DNA of 64,000 nucleotides from an uncultured virus (IMG/VR IMGVR_UViG_3300030104_006589) (Duplodnaviria; Heunggongvirae; Uroviricota; Caudoviricetes): the IMG/VR virus record IMGVR_UViG_3300030104_006589, positions 62,001 to 126,000 of that record. The stretch is one strand, 5' to 3'. This document shows positions 10,299 through 19,908 of the stretch, piece after piece (the stretch's first letter is position 1; each line of letters opens with the position of its first letter). The notes beneath the pieces were generated by a model that was given only the letters and a program-made list of their open reading frames with translations, searched no databases and had not been told where the DNA came from. The position numbers were made by a program, and so were the translations under genes.

Positions 10299-11350
10299 TC
10301 TATATAGGGATTTAGTAGAGAGTTTCTTGGGATTGATATAGCCTTACATGACGGATACGGATTTGTTGGCGCAAAGTCATTAACCAGAATTCTCTGAGCG
10401 TGATTACAACCAGAAATAATGGTTTTGTATTTAATATTATATTCGGATAAAGTTTTTTTAAACTGGTTTAAATATTTCTCTTCTCGGGCTGTAATAAAGA
10501 TAATTTCTGCCCCAGTATCGCTTAGATTTTTTAATACTTTAAAATTTTCTACAATCGGTTCAAAGGTTTTTTCCCACGTTCTCTTGCCATATTTACCAAC
10601 ATTTTGCAAAAAAACGCCATCAATATCAAAAAGGTAAGTTTTAAATTTGTTTTGTTCCGCTCTCCAGTCCTTTAATGTTCCCCAATCTCTCAGGGAGGAA
10701 GCGGAAACCTTTTCAAAGATTTTATTTTTATTTTTTATGAGGTAGGATATGATATGACTAACATAGAATTCATTGTGTTGGTCAAAAATTGCGCTTTCGC
10801 TTATTTCTTCATAGGATTCCTTAAAGTCCTCTGCATGACAACTATATACTCCCGCGCATAAAGTGTTGGAAACTAGCTGTTTTTCAACGATGTCATTAAT
10901 AATATTGTCAGAATTAAAAATAAGAAAACTTTTATTCTGTAAGTTTTCTATTTTGCAATCAGACCCAATATCTAATCCGACAATATAGTTGTTATTTTCT
11001 GTAGGGTTAAATTCAACAGAACAATCTGAGTCTTTTACACAAATAGACCCCTTTATGTTTAAGTCTACAAGCGTTTGGTAAACCGTTTCAGAAGAAGAGG
11101 AGGTTGGATGATCTAAGATATGAACTTCTACTTTTGACCCAAAAACTTGATTGAGTATTAGCTCGGCATCATAGTCGTCACAATGAGATCTCAAAATGGT
11201 GATAACTATGCGGTCAAAGCTATGACGATTCATACACCCAACGGATTTTTCAACCATAAGTCTACCATCTGGGTGACTTAGCATCCACTTAGGTTTCATA
11301 TTTGGAAAGCGAGAGCTTTTACCTGCGGCTGGAACAATTAATGTTTTCAA
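10295..11350 (-). CDS. sugar nucleotidyltransferase-like domain fused to HAD phosphatase-like domain
   Basis: N-terminal VPAAGKSSRF..KPK and DWGT; C-terminal FDIDGV, ITAR, RILVND. Confidence 0.82.
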   Translation of the reverse strand: MKTLIVPAAGKSSRFPNMKPKWMLSHPDGRLMVEKSVGCMNRHSFDRIVITILRSHCDDYDAELILNQVFGSKVEVHILDHPTSSSSETVYQTLVDLNIKGSICVKDSDCSVEFNPTENNNYIVGLDIGSDCKIENLQNKSFLIFNSDNIINDIVEKQLVSNTLCAGVYSCHAEDFKESYEEISESAIFDQHNEFYVSHIISYLIKNKNKIFEKVSASSLRDWGTLKDWRAEQNKFKTYLFDIDGVFLQNVGKYGKRTWEKTFEPIVENFKVLKNLSDTGAEIIFITAREEKYLNQFKKTLSEYNIKYKTIISGCNHAQRILVNDFAPTNPYPSCKAISIPRNSLLNPYIE

Positions 11351-12132
11351 AATTTTTGTTTTTTCAACTTTAATAATTTACTGTGAATGAAGTTTTCTTC
11401 TTGTTTTTTACAATAGGGAATTATTCTCAACAGGTTTAGTATAAGCATTTTATATGATGCAGTCAACATGTTTGAGGATAAGTTTTCCTTCATTAAGTTA
11501 TGAAGGAATAGCAGGTTGATGAAAGGTGAGGTGGTGTTTTTTCTCCATGACCACCCCACAATAGTGTCCTGCATAAGTTTTGAATAATCTAAAACTTGAG
11601 AGCTTGTAAATGAATCTAGAAAATCAATAAAATATAAGTCACCATCTCTTATCATTATGTTTTCAAATGTCAGATCTCCATGACTATATGATTTATGGAT
11701 CTTATTCCAATCAAAGTCTAAGCACCACTCTTTGAAAGGTTGATATTTAGAGTCAATTTGTAATTGATCTACTTTTTTTTCAACATCCTGCTCTATTGTT
11801 TCCTCTAAAAAATTATTTTGATTTACAAACTCAAGTATTTTAAGAAAGATAGACTTTATGTTTTTGTGGTGTTCTTTTTCTACAAAATTTGAAAAGGATT
11901 TACCCTTTATAAATTCCATGTCAAAAGAAAGATTTTTTTCTATATGAAAAGTATTAAAAACTGTAGGACTTGCAATTAAGTGATGTTTGAATCCTTTTTG
12001 TTTTCTGATTTGCCTTAAAAGTCTGTCGTTATATTCTGGATTAGCTGAAACTTTTCTGACGAAGAGTTTTTCTTTATCTTCAAGCAGAGAAATTTTACAT
12101 CCTGAATACCCCTTAAGCTTTATGCTTTTCAT
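11347..12132 (-). CDS. APH/choline kinase-like phosphotransferase
   Basis: GYSGC, HGDLTFENIM, FIDFLD. Confidence 0.8.
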   Translation of the reverse strand: MKSIKLKGYSGCKISLLEDKEKLFVRKVSANPEYNDRLLRQIRKQKGFKHHLIASPTVFNTFHIEKNLSFDMEFIKGKSFSNFVEKEHHKNIKSIFLKILEFVNQNNFLEETIEQDVEKKVDQLQIDSKYQPFKEWCLDFDWNKIHKSYSHGDLTFENIMIRDGDLYFIDFLDSFTSSQVLDYSKLMQDTIVGWSWRKNTTSPFINLLFLHNLMKENLSSNMLTASYKMLILNLLRIIPYCKKQEENFIHSKLLKLKKQKF

Positions 12133-12970
12133 TTAGGAATGTTTTTAAGTCCAAAGAGCTTGGGTCAAAATCTTGCCAAATATCAGCATATAACTGCTCC
12201 GACAAATCTAAATCTTTGAATTCTTTCCAGTCATCAATGATTAAAATTGGTATACCCAGTTTTTTGAATGTCTCCACACCACTCCAACGAGTAACAATAG
12301 GAACACTTTTCATATAAATAGCTTCCCAGGTTTTGTGACAATCAACACCGTTTCCGACTGGAGACACTGTAAATCGTGAAGAAGCTATATTGGTCAAGTA
12401 TTTTTCCTGTGTGGAATTAACAAAGGAGTCATGATCTTCAACTATGGCAGCATTAGGATATTCTGTTTCCAAAGATGTGCCTAGCTCTTCCAGACAATAG
12501 TTTCTAGCCTTAGGATTTGTTGACGTATTAAAATTAACATAAACATCTTTAGTTTTATCTGTTTTCTTGGCTATTACTTTTTTGAATCTATCTTGATTTC
12601 CGTGAGACCATTTTGGGTTTGCTATACCGATTGGAATAGGAGAAACCTTGGGGTGGTCACACACTAGGTTTTGAGCATACCAGTGTGTCATATTAGGAAA
12701 AAGCTCCACTACCGCTTCAATATATTCATCTGTAAAATTTATATCTGAATTGTGAGTGAAAAGAACAAACTCGGAATCTCCTACAATGTTTATATCTTTG
12801 AATACTTGCAGAAACTCAGGAATGCAAAAAACATAATTGTTTCCAGCAGATTTGTTGTGTTTTACAGAAAACTCAGGAGTTCTTTCGTCTTTATAATCTA
12901 CCAATTGTAGCCAGCACTGTTGTTTAAAATATGTTCCGCAGATAAAATTCATTGTATAGCTTTCTCCCAA
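12113..12970 (-). CDS. exostosin (GT47)-like glycosyltransferase
   Basis: SRFTVSPVGNGVDCHKTWEAIYMKSVPIV. Confidence 0.7.
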   Translation of the reverse strand: MGESYTMNFICGTYFKQQCWLQLVDYKDERTPEFSVKHNKSAGNNYVFCIPEFLQVFKDINIVGDSEFVLFTHNSDINFTDEYIEAVVELFPNMTHWYAQNLVCDHPKVSPIPIGIANPKWSHGNQDRFKKVIAKKTDKTKDVYVNFNTSTNPKARNYCLEELGTSLETEYPNAAIVEDHDSFVNSTQEKYLTNIASSRFTVSPVGNGVDCHKTWEAIYMKSVPIVTRWSGVETFKKLGIPILIIDDWKEFKDLDLSEQLYADIWQDFDPSSLDLKTFLNEKHKA

Positions 12971-13800
12971 AATTTTTCGGATGCAATTTCACACCCCTCT
13001 TTAAATGTTTCGTAACCTTGTTTTTCAAATTCTAAATAAGCCCCTATTTTGGAGGTATCTCCTATAATCTCCTCTACTCCACAAAGTAAAGCTTCTCCTA
13101 TCATTCTACAGAAAGGTTCGTTTACCACTGGAGAGTGAAACACCGCATTAGCTTGTTGAAAAACCAAAGCGGTTTCATGGTGTTCACAAGCTCCCATAAA
13201 CGAAATATTTTCCTCCCCGTCAAAGAGACTGTTTGGATTGTTGTCTGACCAACCAAATACTTTGATCTGTCTGTCAGGATTATTACGAGCGAACTTGATT
13301 AAGTTATTTAATCCTTTGAGTGGGTGAAGATAGCCGCAATAAACTACATCATAAATTTTTTTTTCTTCTTTCTTCTTAAAAATAGAAGTATCTATGGGGT
13401 CATAAACTATTTCAACGTTTTTAAAGTAGTCTCCATATAGTTGCTTAAAGAAGGAATAATGAAATTCAGTTAAAAAGAAGTTCTTTTTTGAATTATTAAA
13501 TAATATTCTTCTCTCTCCAGCGGAAAGATAAGAACATGAATCGTGTTCTAGCCTTACTGAGTTAGGCAATCTTTCTATCATATTAAATTTGGCAGGAGCA
13601 ATTTTACTAATTGCCTCTAAATTAGAATTAACAACCAAATCGTATGAACTTAAAAAATCAACAATAGAGGAATTGTGATGATGCTCATGGATCTCATATC
13701 CAAGTTCTCTACCCTTTTTAATAATAAGGGAATTGCTTACTTGCGCCCCTCCTTGCTTTTGATCGAGAGTAAAATCAGATATGAATAAAACCTTCATCAC
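12949..13800 (-). CDS. glycosyltransferase GT4-like
   Basis: YCGYLHPLKG, EPFCRMIGEALLCG. Confidence 0.8.
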   Translation of the reverse strand: MMKVLFISDFTLDQKQGGAQVSNSLIIKKGRELGYEIHEHHHNSSIVDFLSSYDLVVNSNLEAISKIAPAKFNMIERLPNSVRLEHDSCSYLSAGERRILFNNSKKNFFLTEFHYSFFKQLYGDYFKNVEIVYDPIDTSIFKKKEEKKIYDVVYCGYLHPLKGLNNLIKFARNNPDRQIKVFGWSDNNPNSLFDGEENISFMGACEHHETALVFQQANAVFHSPVVNEPFCRMIGEALLCGVEEIIGDTSKIGAYLEFEKQGYETFKEGCEIASEKFWEKAIQ

Positions 13801-13827
13801 ACAGTATAGTGTGATTATAGATTAAAG

Positions 13828-14247
13828 TCAAACTTCTTCTACTGTGGGGGGATAAAAGATTTTTTCTCCTTCGGAATCAGAGATTTCAGACAATAACAGG
13901 TCTGTTCTAGCAGAAGTAAAGTCTAGGTTTGTAAAGTTCCAGAAAGGATCTGCCGATTCTTGATCGTGAGTTCTATCGGTCCCCTCAATTACATCAACAT
14001 CATGGAATTTATAATCTTCTTTTACTGTTCGACCAGAAGATAAATCCAAAAACATATTTACCCTAGCCATAGCCCATTGAGCAGTAGTTTTTTGAGGTTG
14101 CCACATGGTATGAGTGGCTTTTTCTCCTCTTTTGTATATTCTTATTAGCTGATCTACACTAATTTTAGAGTCGTTTTGCTTATTAAACTTCAGAACTTTA
14201 CCAACAAGGCATTTGTAGATTTTGTCTGAAAAAGTAAGGTTCATCAT
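13828..14247 (-). CDS. hypothetical phage protein
   Basis: ORF with IYKRG...WAMARVNMFL motif; GTGTAA motif 7 nt upstream. Confidence 0.65.
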   Translation of the reverse strand: MMNLTFSDKIYKCLVGKVLKFNKQNDSKISVDQLIRIYKRGEKATHTMWQPQKTTAQWAMARVNMFLDLSSGRTVKEDYKFHDVDVIEGTDRTHDQESADPFWNFTNLDFTSARTDLLLSEISDSEGEKIFYPPTVEEV

Positions 14248-14282
14248 AAAAAAATTACACTTTTAATTATTAAAAATGAATA

Positions 14283-15929
14283 TTAACCCTCACAAGATGA
14301 ACAGTTCAATATTGATCTGGCTAACTCTTGGCTTGGGTTGGCACTTCTTTGGTAGTAGAAACTTTTAATCCCCTGCTCCCAGCCAAAAATCAAAAGTTCG
14401 CTTACTTGTTTTGGTGGACATTTGGGAGCTATCATAAGATTTAAGCTTTGACCTTGATCAATATACTTTTGTCTCTGAGAGGCTTGAATTACAATTTCTT
14501 TTTGAGAAATTTCTCCAAATGTCTTAAATACATCCTTTTCTTCTGAAGTCAGAAAATCTAAATGCTGAACTGATCCTCCTTTTTGAAGAATTGATTTCCA
14601 CGTTGTTTGTGTATTTTTCTTCTTCTCTTCTAGAAGTTTTTCTAAATGTGGGTTTTTGTAGGTAAATTTGCCTTTAGCTAAATCTTTAGTAAAATAATTA
14701 CTGTTTAACGGTTCGATAGAAGGAGAGACTTGCCCCAAGATGAATGAACTTGAGGTAGTCGGAGCAATTGCCATTGTGGTCATATTGCGACGATCATAAC
14801 CCTTGAGGTGTTCGGGTTCTCCCAAAAGAATAGAGAGTTCTTTGGTGGCTTCTTCACATTTTTCTCTAATTGTTTTATGGATTTCTGTATTAAGAAATTT
14901 AGCTTCCATACTTTCAAAAGCTATCATCTCTTCCTGTAGAAATGAATGCCAGCCCAATACTCCCACTCCCAAGGCTCTTTGTTTTTTAGCGAAATTATGA
15001 GAGGACTCCATGAAAGGAATACCGTCTGTCTTTTTGACATACTCCTCCATTACAGCATCTAGAAAATAAACCAGAGTTTGCACTGCATCTGTCTCTTTTA
15101 TCTCGTTCCACTTGACCAAGTTTAATGAGGAAAGACAACAAACAAATGATTCGTCTTGAGAGGAGTGTAAAAATATTTCACTGCAAAGATTTGATGCGCT
15201 AATTTTTAATTTTTTATCTTTGTAGGCTTTAGGAGCTTGCTTATTGGCAGTGTCAGTAAAGAATAAATATGGATAGCCTGTTTCAAATCTTTTTCTTATA
15301 ATTGAAGCCCAAGTTAATCTTTTTTTTCTATCTCCCTCTATAAGAGATCTCATCCATTCGTCGCTAATACAAACAGCAAAGGACATTTCTTGAATGGGGT
15401 TTCCCTCACTCCTTATTCTGAGAAATTCGTTAATATCTGGATGCTCTACTGGAAGGTATGCCGCAAAAGAGCCTCTTCGAACATTGCTTTGAGAAACAAC
15501 AGAGGAGACTTTATCAAAAAGCTCCATGAAATGCACAGGGCCACTAGATGTTCCCCCCGCTGAAATTTCTACACCTCTACCTCTAAGTTCTCCAAAGTAA
15601 GCAGACGTTCCTGCTCCATGTTTAGTCTGCATTCCAACCTCCGCTTGCTTTTCTAGAATTGCATCCATTCGATCCTCAATGAATACGCCATTACAAGAAA
15701 TTGGTAGTCCTCTTTCTCTCCCGAAGTTTGCCCAAATAGGACTGGCTAGTGAATAAAATCCGCGAGAAAGATAATCTTCAAACTTTTCAGCAAAACCTTT
15801 TACTTTTAAGTATTTTTCGGCAGCAACAGCAATGTCATAACCTCTTTCTTCGGCAGATTCCCCTGTTTGTAAATACCCTCTTTTTAAAAAATCGCGAGAG
15901 TCCTTGTTAAGCCATTTATATTTCTTCAT
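14283..15929 (-). CDS. nrdA: ribonucleotide reductase class I alpha subunit (no ATP cone)
   Basis: PISC, RRGSFA, ASNLCSEI (catalytic NxCxE), VCCLSS, IAPTTSSS, KSFYY, C-terminal CSSCEG. Confidence 0.95.
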   Translation of the reverse strand: MKKYKWLNKDSRDFLKRGYLQTGESAEERGYDIAVAAEKYLKVKGFAEKFEDYLSRGFYSLASPIWANFGRERGLPISCNGVFIEDRMDAILEKQAEVGMQTKHGAGTSAYFGELRGRGVEISAGGTSSGPVHFMELFDKVSSVVSQSNVRRGSFAAYLPVEHPDINEFLRIRSEGNPIQEMSFAVCISDEWMRSLIEGDRKKRLTWASIIRKRFETGYPYLFFTDTANKQAPKAYKDKKLKISASNLCSEIFLHSSQDESFVCCLSSLNLVKWNEIKETDAVQTLVYFLDAVMEEYVKKTDGIPFMESSHNFAKKQRALGVGVLGWHSFLQEEMIAFESMEAKFLNTEIHKTIREKCEEATKELSILLGEPEHLKGYDRRNMTTMAIAPTTSSSFILGQVSPSIEPLNSNYFTKDLAKGKFTYKNPHLEKLLEEKKKNTQTTWKSILQKGGSVQHLDFLTSEEKDVFKTFGEISQKEIVIQASQRQKYIDQGQSLNLMIAPKCPPKQVSELLIFGWEQGIKSFYYQRSANPSQELARSILNCSSCEG

Positions 15930-16900
15930 TAAAAAAGGTCGTCAGCATCAAATGTTTGAGAATTCTTAGAATATTCCACGGGTCTAGAATGGAAGAAATC
16001 AGTGGCATTATTGCCCAATAACTCTTCTTCGAACCACATTGTATCTTCCAATAAAGAAGTGTCAACCTCAAACGCTGAATCAAAGCCAATTTTTTCTAAG
16101 GAGTCATTAATTCTATTTTTTATAAACTCTTTTAGAATATCGGCGTTGAGACCTTTTTCATTAAATCCATTTACCATCCAATCAACAATATTACTTTCTG
16201 CAACAAAAGCAGCTTTGGCTTCTGTAGCAACTCTTTCCTCAAGTTCCTCATCAAAAAGTTCAGGATGCTCGCTACGAATAGTGTTGATTATTTTAATCCC
16301 AGCCAGCGCATGAATGTTTTCTTCATTCCTAGTATATTTGACTTGCTGTCCAGTATCTTTAAGAACATTCCTATAACGATTAAACCAGTTAATAATATAA
16401 AACTGCGAAAAGAGAGAAACATTCTCCACAAAAAGCGTGAAAAGAATGATTGAATAAACATATTGTTTTTTGGAATCTTTATAAAATTTGTGATTATATT
16501 TACGCAAATATTTTACCCTACCCTCAATGAAATCAAGCTCTAGATTTTTTTCGAAGATGTCCTCCAAGCCCAAAACCTTGAGGAGTCTCTCATAAGCATT
16601 ATTGTGAATAACCTCCACGTTGGCCATAACATATCCAAGGTCGGTTAAGCTTGGGTGAGGAAGATTATCTCCGAGCTTGCTCCAAAACTTCTTAACGGCG
16701 ACTTCAATTTGTCCAATAGCGGAGAGAGTCCTGATAATCATCTCTTTTTCATCCTCAACCAAATGGACATTAAAATCCTGAATATCACTGCTAAAACTAA
16801 ACTCTTTATCGGTCCAAAACCCGTTGTGCATTGCCTCAATAAACTCCTGCGCCCATGGATAGTGATCGGGCTTTCTCGATACTTGCTCTTCAAAAATCAT
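15929..16900 (-). CDS. nrdB: ribonucleotide reductase class I beta subunit
   Basis: FWTDKE, EVIHNNAY, VENVSLFSQF, RNEENIH, DFFHSRPVEYSK; start placed at ATG 16900. Confidence 0.95.
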   Translation of the reverse strand: MIFEEQVSRKPDHYPWAQEFIEAMHNGFWTDKEFSFSSDIQDFNVHLVEDEKEMIIRTLSAIGQIEVAVKKFWSKLGDNLPHPSLTDLGYVMANVEVIHNNAYERLLKVLGLEDIFEKNLELDFIEGRVKYLRKYNHKFYKDSKKQYVYSIILFTLFVENVSLFSQFYIINWFNRYRNVLKDTGQQVKYTRNEENIHALAGIKIINTIRSEHPELFDEELEERVATEAKAAFVAESNIVDWMVNGFNEKGLNADILKEFIKNRINDSLEKIGFDSAFEVDTSLLEDTMWFEEELLGNNATDFFHSRPVEYSKNSQTFDADDLF

Positions 16901-16966
16901 CTTAAAGGATTTTACACTTAGGGGCAATGTCGTGTCAAGTCAATTAGAAAAATTCCGAAAATTAAT

Positions 16967-16994
16967 TTGACAGATTGAAATTGACCCATATAAT
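16967..16994 (+). promoter_or_regulatory. consensus sigma70-type promoter
   Basis: TTGACA-N16-TATAAT in the divergent intergenic region. Confidence 0.75.
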
Positions 16995-17152
16995 ATACCG
17001 TGAAACGGGACAACGGCGATTAAAACCCTAACGTAATAGATTAAGTATTACGTTATTCTTAATGTAAAACGTTTTATAAATATATTATTAATATAATAAT
17101 CAGAATTTATTTTTTTTTGGAAAAAGGCAAAACAGATGATATAATGGGTCCA

Positions 17153-17725
17153 GTGCAAAGCGACTTGACTCTAATTTCTAAAATTCAAGACGATAACGAT
17201 CAAGACAGCCTGTTGGAGATCATTGATCGTCATTCTGGTATTTTCCACTCAATGGTTAATTACTTCATGTCTCACCCCCAGAATGCTGTTGATAAAAACC
17301 AACTAGTAGGAGAGAAAGACTCGACCATTTATTCCGCCGCTTTAAACTATAATCCCGATAAGAAAACAAAATTTTCTACCCACCTAGCTAATCAGACTAA
17401 ATGGAAATGTCTAAACATTCTCAATAAAAAGAAAAAAAATAGAGAAATTTTTATTGATGACGAGAATACCTACATAGAGCCACAGTGTGACAGTTTCATC
17501 TACGATATAAACAAAGGAGAAGCTCTTTCTGTGTTTGAGTCTTGCCTTGAGGAAGAAAAAGACGAAAGGGTGAAAAAAATAGTTGACATGCGATATGGCG
17601 GGCTTAATAATAAGCTCACACCTTGGAGGTTTATAGCACAAGAGCTTGACATGAGCATTCAGGGCTGTATCAATATTCACAATAGATTTATTAACAAAGT
17701 TAAAAAAGAAGGAAAATATGTATAA
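17153..17725 (+). CDS. sigma70-family sigma-factor-like protein
   Basis: Region-2-like AALNYNPDKKTKFSTHLAN; region-4 HTH MRYG...PWRFIAQELDMSIQG. Start uncertain: in-frame GTG 17153 lies 7 nt after TATAAT; the ORF is open from 17117. Confidence 0.75.
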   Translation: MQSDLTLISKIQDDNDQDSLLEIIDRHSGIFHSMVNYFMSHPQNAVDKNQLVGEKDSTIYSAALNYNPDKKTKFSTHLANQTKWKCLNILNKKKKNREIFIDDENTYIEPQCDSFIYDINKGEALSVFESCLEEEKDERVKKIVDMRYGGLNNKLTPWRFIAQELDMSIQGCINIHNRFINKVKKEGKYV

Positions 17726-18077
17726 TTCAATCACAGCCGCAGCCTATTTAGTTAAAGACCCTGAAGCCAGAACCACAAGCAATGGTAAAAAAGTTGTCAA
17801 TTTGAGAGCGGGAGTTTCAACCTCAAACGCTAAAAACAAATGTTTTGTTGACATTGAGTATTGGGATAAGACCGCAGAGATCGCGGAAAAATATTTAACC
17901 AAGGGAAGAGAATTTATTGTTCAAGGAGAACTCTGCATGTCATCTTGGGAAAAAGACGGCAAAAATTTCAGTAAATACTATATCCGTGGCAAAGACCTTC
18001 AGTTTTTGAGTTCTGCGAAAAAGTCAGACTCAGGAACTGAGCAATCTGAAGAGACCGAAGACTCAGTTCCTTTTTAA
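17718..18077 (+). CDS. ssb: single-stranded DNA-binding protein
   Basis: LVKDPEAR, WDKTAE...YLTKG...VQGEL...WEKDG, acidic tail ending DSVPF. Confidence 0.92.
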   Translation: MYNSITAAAYLVKDPEARTTSNGKKVVNLRAGVSTSNAKNKCFVDIEYWDKTAEIAEKYLTKGREFIVQGELCMSSWEKDGKNFSKYYIRGKDLQFLSSAKKSDSGTEQSEETEDSVPF

Positions 18078-19156
18078 TGAAACTTCTAATAGAGGCTCCA
18101 CTTAATGGCTTAAGCCTCGGCAATGTTACTTTTAATATTGTCAGAGAACTACAGAAGAAAAATGTAAGTCTTGGTTTATTTCCTACTGGTGATATAGACC
18201 TTAGTGCTTACACTCTTACTGATGAACTTAAGGCATTTATAGAATCAGCTATAAATGATAGGTTTGATTTTCTGAATCCAGAAATACCAAATTTAAAGGT
18301 TTGGCATATTAATGGTAGTGAAAACAGAAAAAATAAAAATCAGTATCTTTATACTTTTTATGAGTGCAATCAACCCACTGCGACAGAAATAAAAATCTGC
18401 GAAGCTCAAGAGAAAGTTTTCTTTAGTTCTTCTGAGGCGGCATCTCATTTTAAGTCGAGTGGTGTTTCAAAGGGAATGCATATTCCTCTTGGGTTGGATG
18501 AAGATTTTAAAAGAACCGAAAAAACCTATCTTAAGGACGTTGTTCACTTTGGTTTAATGGGTAAGTTTGAAAAGAGAAAGCATACTCAAAAAATAATCCA
18601 AACATGGCTGAAGAAATACGGTAACAACACAAAATATCAACTTACTTGTTGTGTTACTAATCCATTCTTCCAACCCGACCAAATGCAAGGGATGCTCCAA
18701 TCGAGTCTTGAAGGGAAAAGTTACAACAATATTAACTTTCTTCCAAAATTAGCGAAGAATGATGAGGTAAATGAGCTTTTAAATTCAATTGATATTGACT
18801 TAACTGGACTCTCTGGAGGAGAGGGCTGGAATCTGCCTTCTTTTAATGCTACGTGCTTAGGGAAATGGAGCATTGTTTTAAATGCAACCTCTCATAAAGA
18901 TTGGGCTAACGAAGAAAACAGTATATTGGTTAATCCATCCTCCACGATGCCTGTTGCTGATGGAGTCTTTTTTAATGAAACCATTCCCTTTAACCAAGGG
19001 ACTTTTCATAATTGGGAGGAAGAGGAAGCTGTGGCGGCAATGGAAAAAGCTGAGTCTAAAGTTGGTCAACTTAACACAGAGGGACAAAAATTAGCAGACA
19101 AATTTACCTACAGTAAAACAGTAGACTCTCTTTTAGACTGTATTTATAGCAGTTGA
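18077..19156 (+). CDS. glycosyltransferase GT4-like
   Basis: GKFEKRK, LSGGEGWNLPSFNATCLGK. Confidence 0.78.
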   Translation: MKLLIEAPLNGLSLGNVTFNIVRELQKKNVSLGLFPTGDIDLSAYTLTDELKAFIESAINDRFDFLNPEIPNLKVWHINGSENRKNKNQYLYTFYECNQPTATEIKICEAQEKVFFSSSEAASHFKSSGVSKGMHIPLGLDEDFKRTEKTYLKDVVHFGLMGKFEKRKHTQKIIQTWLKKYGNNTKYQLTCCVTNPFFQPDQMQGMLQSSLEGKSYNNINFLPKLAKNDEVNELLNSIDIDLTGLSGGEGWNLPSFNATCLGKWSIVLNATSHKDWANEENSILVNPSSTMPVADGVFFNETIPFNQGTFHNWEEEEAVAAMEKAESKVGQLNTEGQKLADKFTYSKTVDSLLDCIYSS

Positions 19157-19189
19157 AGAAAGGCATATTTTATGCTATAATATAAGTAT

Positions 19190-19525
19190 ATGAATACTTT
19201 AATTAACACACTTTTTAATGATTTAAATGTTTTATCCCCTAACGATTTAATGATCCGCAAGAAGTCTTGCGTTTCTGATAAGGGAGATGTATATACAGCG
19301 GAGGTTGAGTTAGCTGGATTCGCAAAGAAAGATGTTTCCATTCAGGTTTCTGACGGAGTGTTGCAACTTCAAGCTAAAAATAAAGAGCGATCACAGAAAT
19401 TTAAATTACATTTAAATGATCTAGTGGCAGAGGATCACATTTCCGCTGATCTTAAAAACGGACTTCTTAGACTTACCCTTCCTAAAAAAACCGTTGCAGA
19501 GGCTCGGGAAATTCAGATCAAATAA
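19190..19525 (+). CDS. small heat-shock protein (Hsp20/alpha-crystallin)
   Basis: ELAGFAKKDVSI...DGVL, ISADLKNGLLRLTLPK. Confidence 0.9.
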   Translation: MNTLINTLFNDLNVLSPNDLMIRKKSCVSDKGDVYTAEVELAGFAKKDVSIQVSDGVLQLQAKNKERSQKFKLHLNDLVAEDHISADLKNGLLRLTLPKKTVAEAREIQIK

Positions 19526-19908
19526 TGCCTATTTATGTTTACAAACATCCCGAACACGAAGAATACCGTGAGGTTTTCCAAGGGATGAATGACGAACATG
19601 TTTATCAGGAGGACGGCGTTGAGTGGCAGAGGGTTTTTTTGTCACCCAACGCCTCGATAGACAATTCGGTGGACCCTTTTAGTAAGCAACAATTTATTGA
19701 TGCTACCTATAATAAAAAGGGAACTCTGGGGGATATGATGAATTTATCAGCAGAACTTAGCGAAAAGAGGGCTGAAAAAATGGGAGGAAAAGATCCCGTA
19801 AGGGAAAAGTTCTATGATAATTATGCAAAAGAGAGAAATGGAGCAGAGCATCCAAACCGCAAAGGTAAAACTTACGAAAGTAAAAACGTAAAAGTGGAAT
19901 ACGATTAG
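19525..19908 (+). CDS. FmdB-like hypothetical phage protein
   Basis: MPIYVY N-terminus typical of FmdB-like proteins, but lacks the Cys pairs. Confidence 0.5.
   Translation: MPIYVYKHPEHEEYREVFQGMNDEHVYQEDGVEWQRVFLSPNASIDNSVDPFSKQQFIDATYNKKGTLGDMMNLSAELSEKRAEKMGGKDPVREKFYDNYAKERNGAEHPNRKGKTYESKNVKVEYD

Noticed and set aside
14283..16900. Introns or inteins in nrdAB (and in the terminase)
   Set aside because: The ORFs are continuous and compact, with no intein or group I intron signatures.
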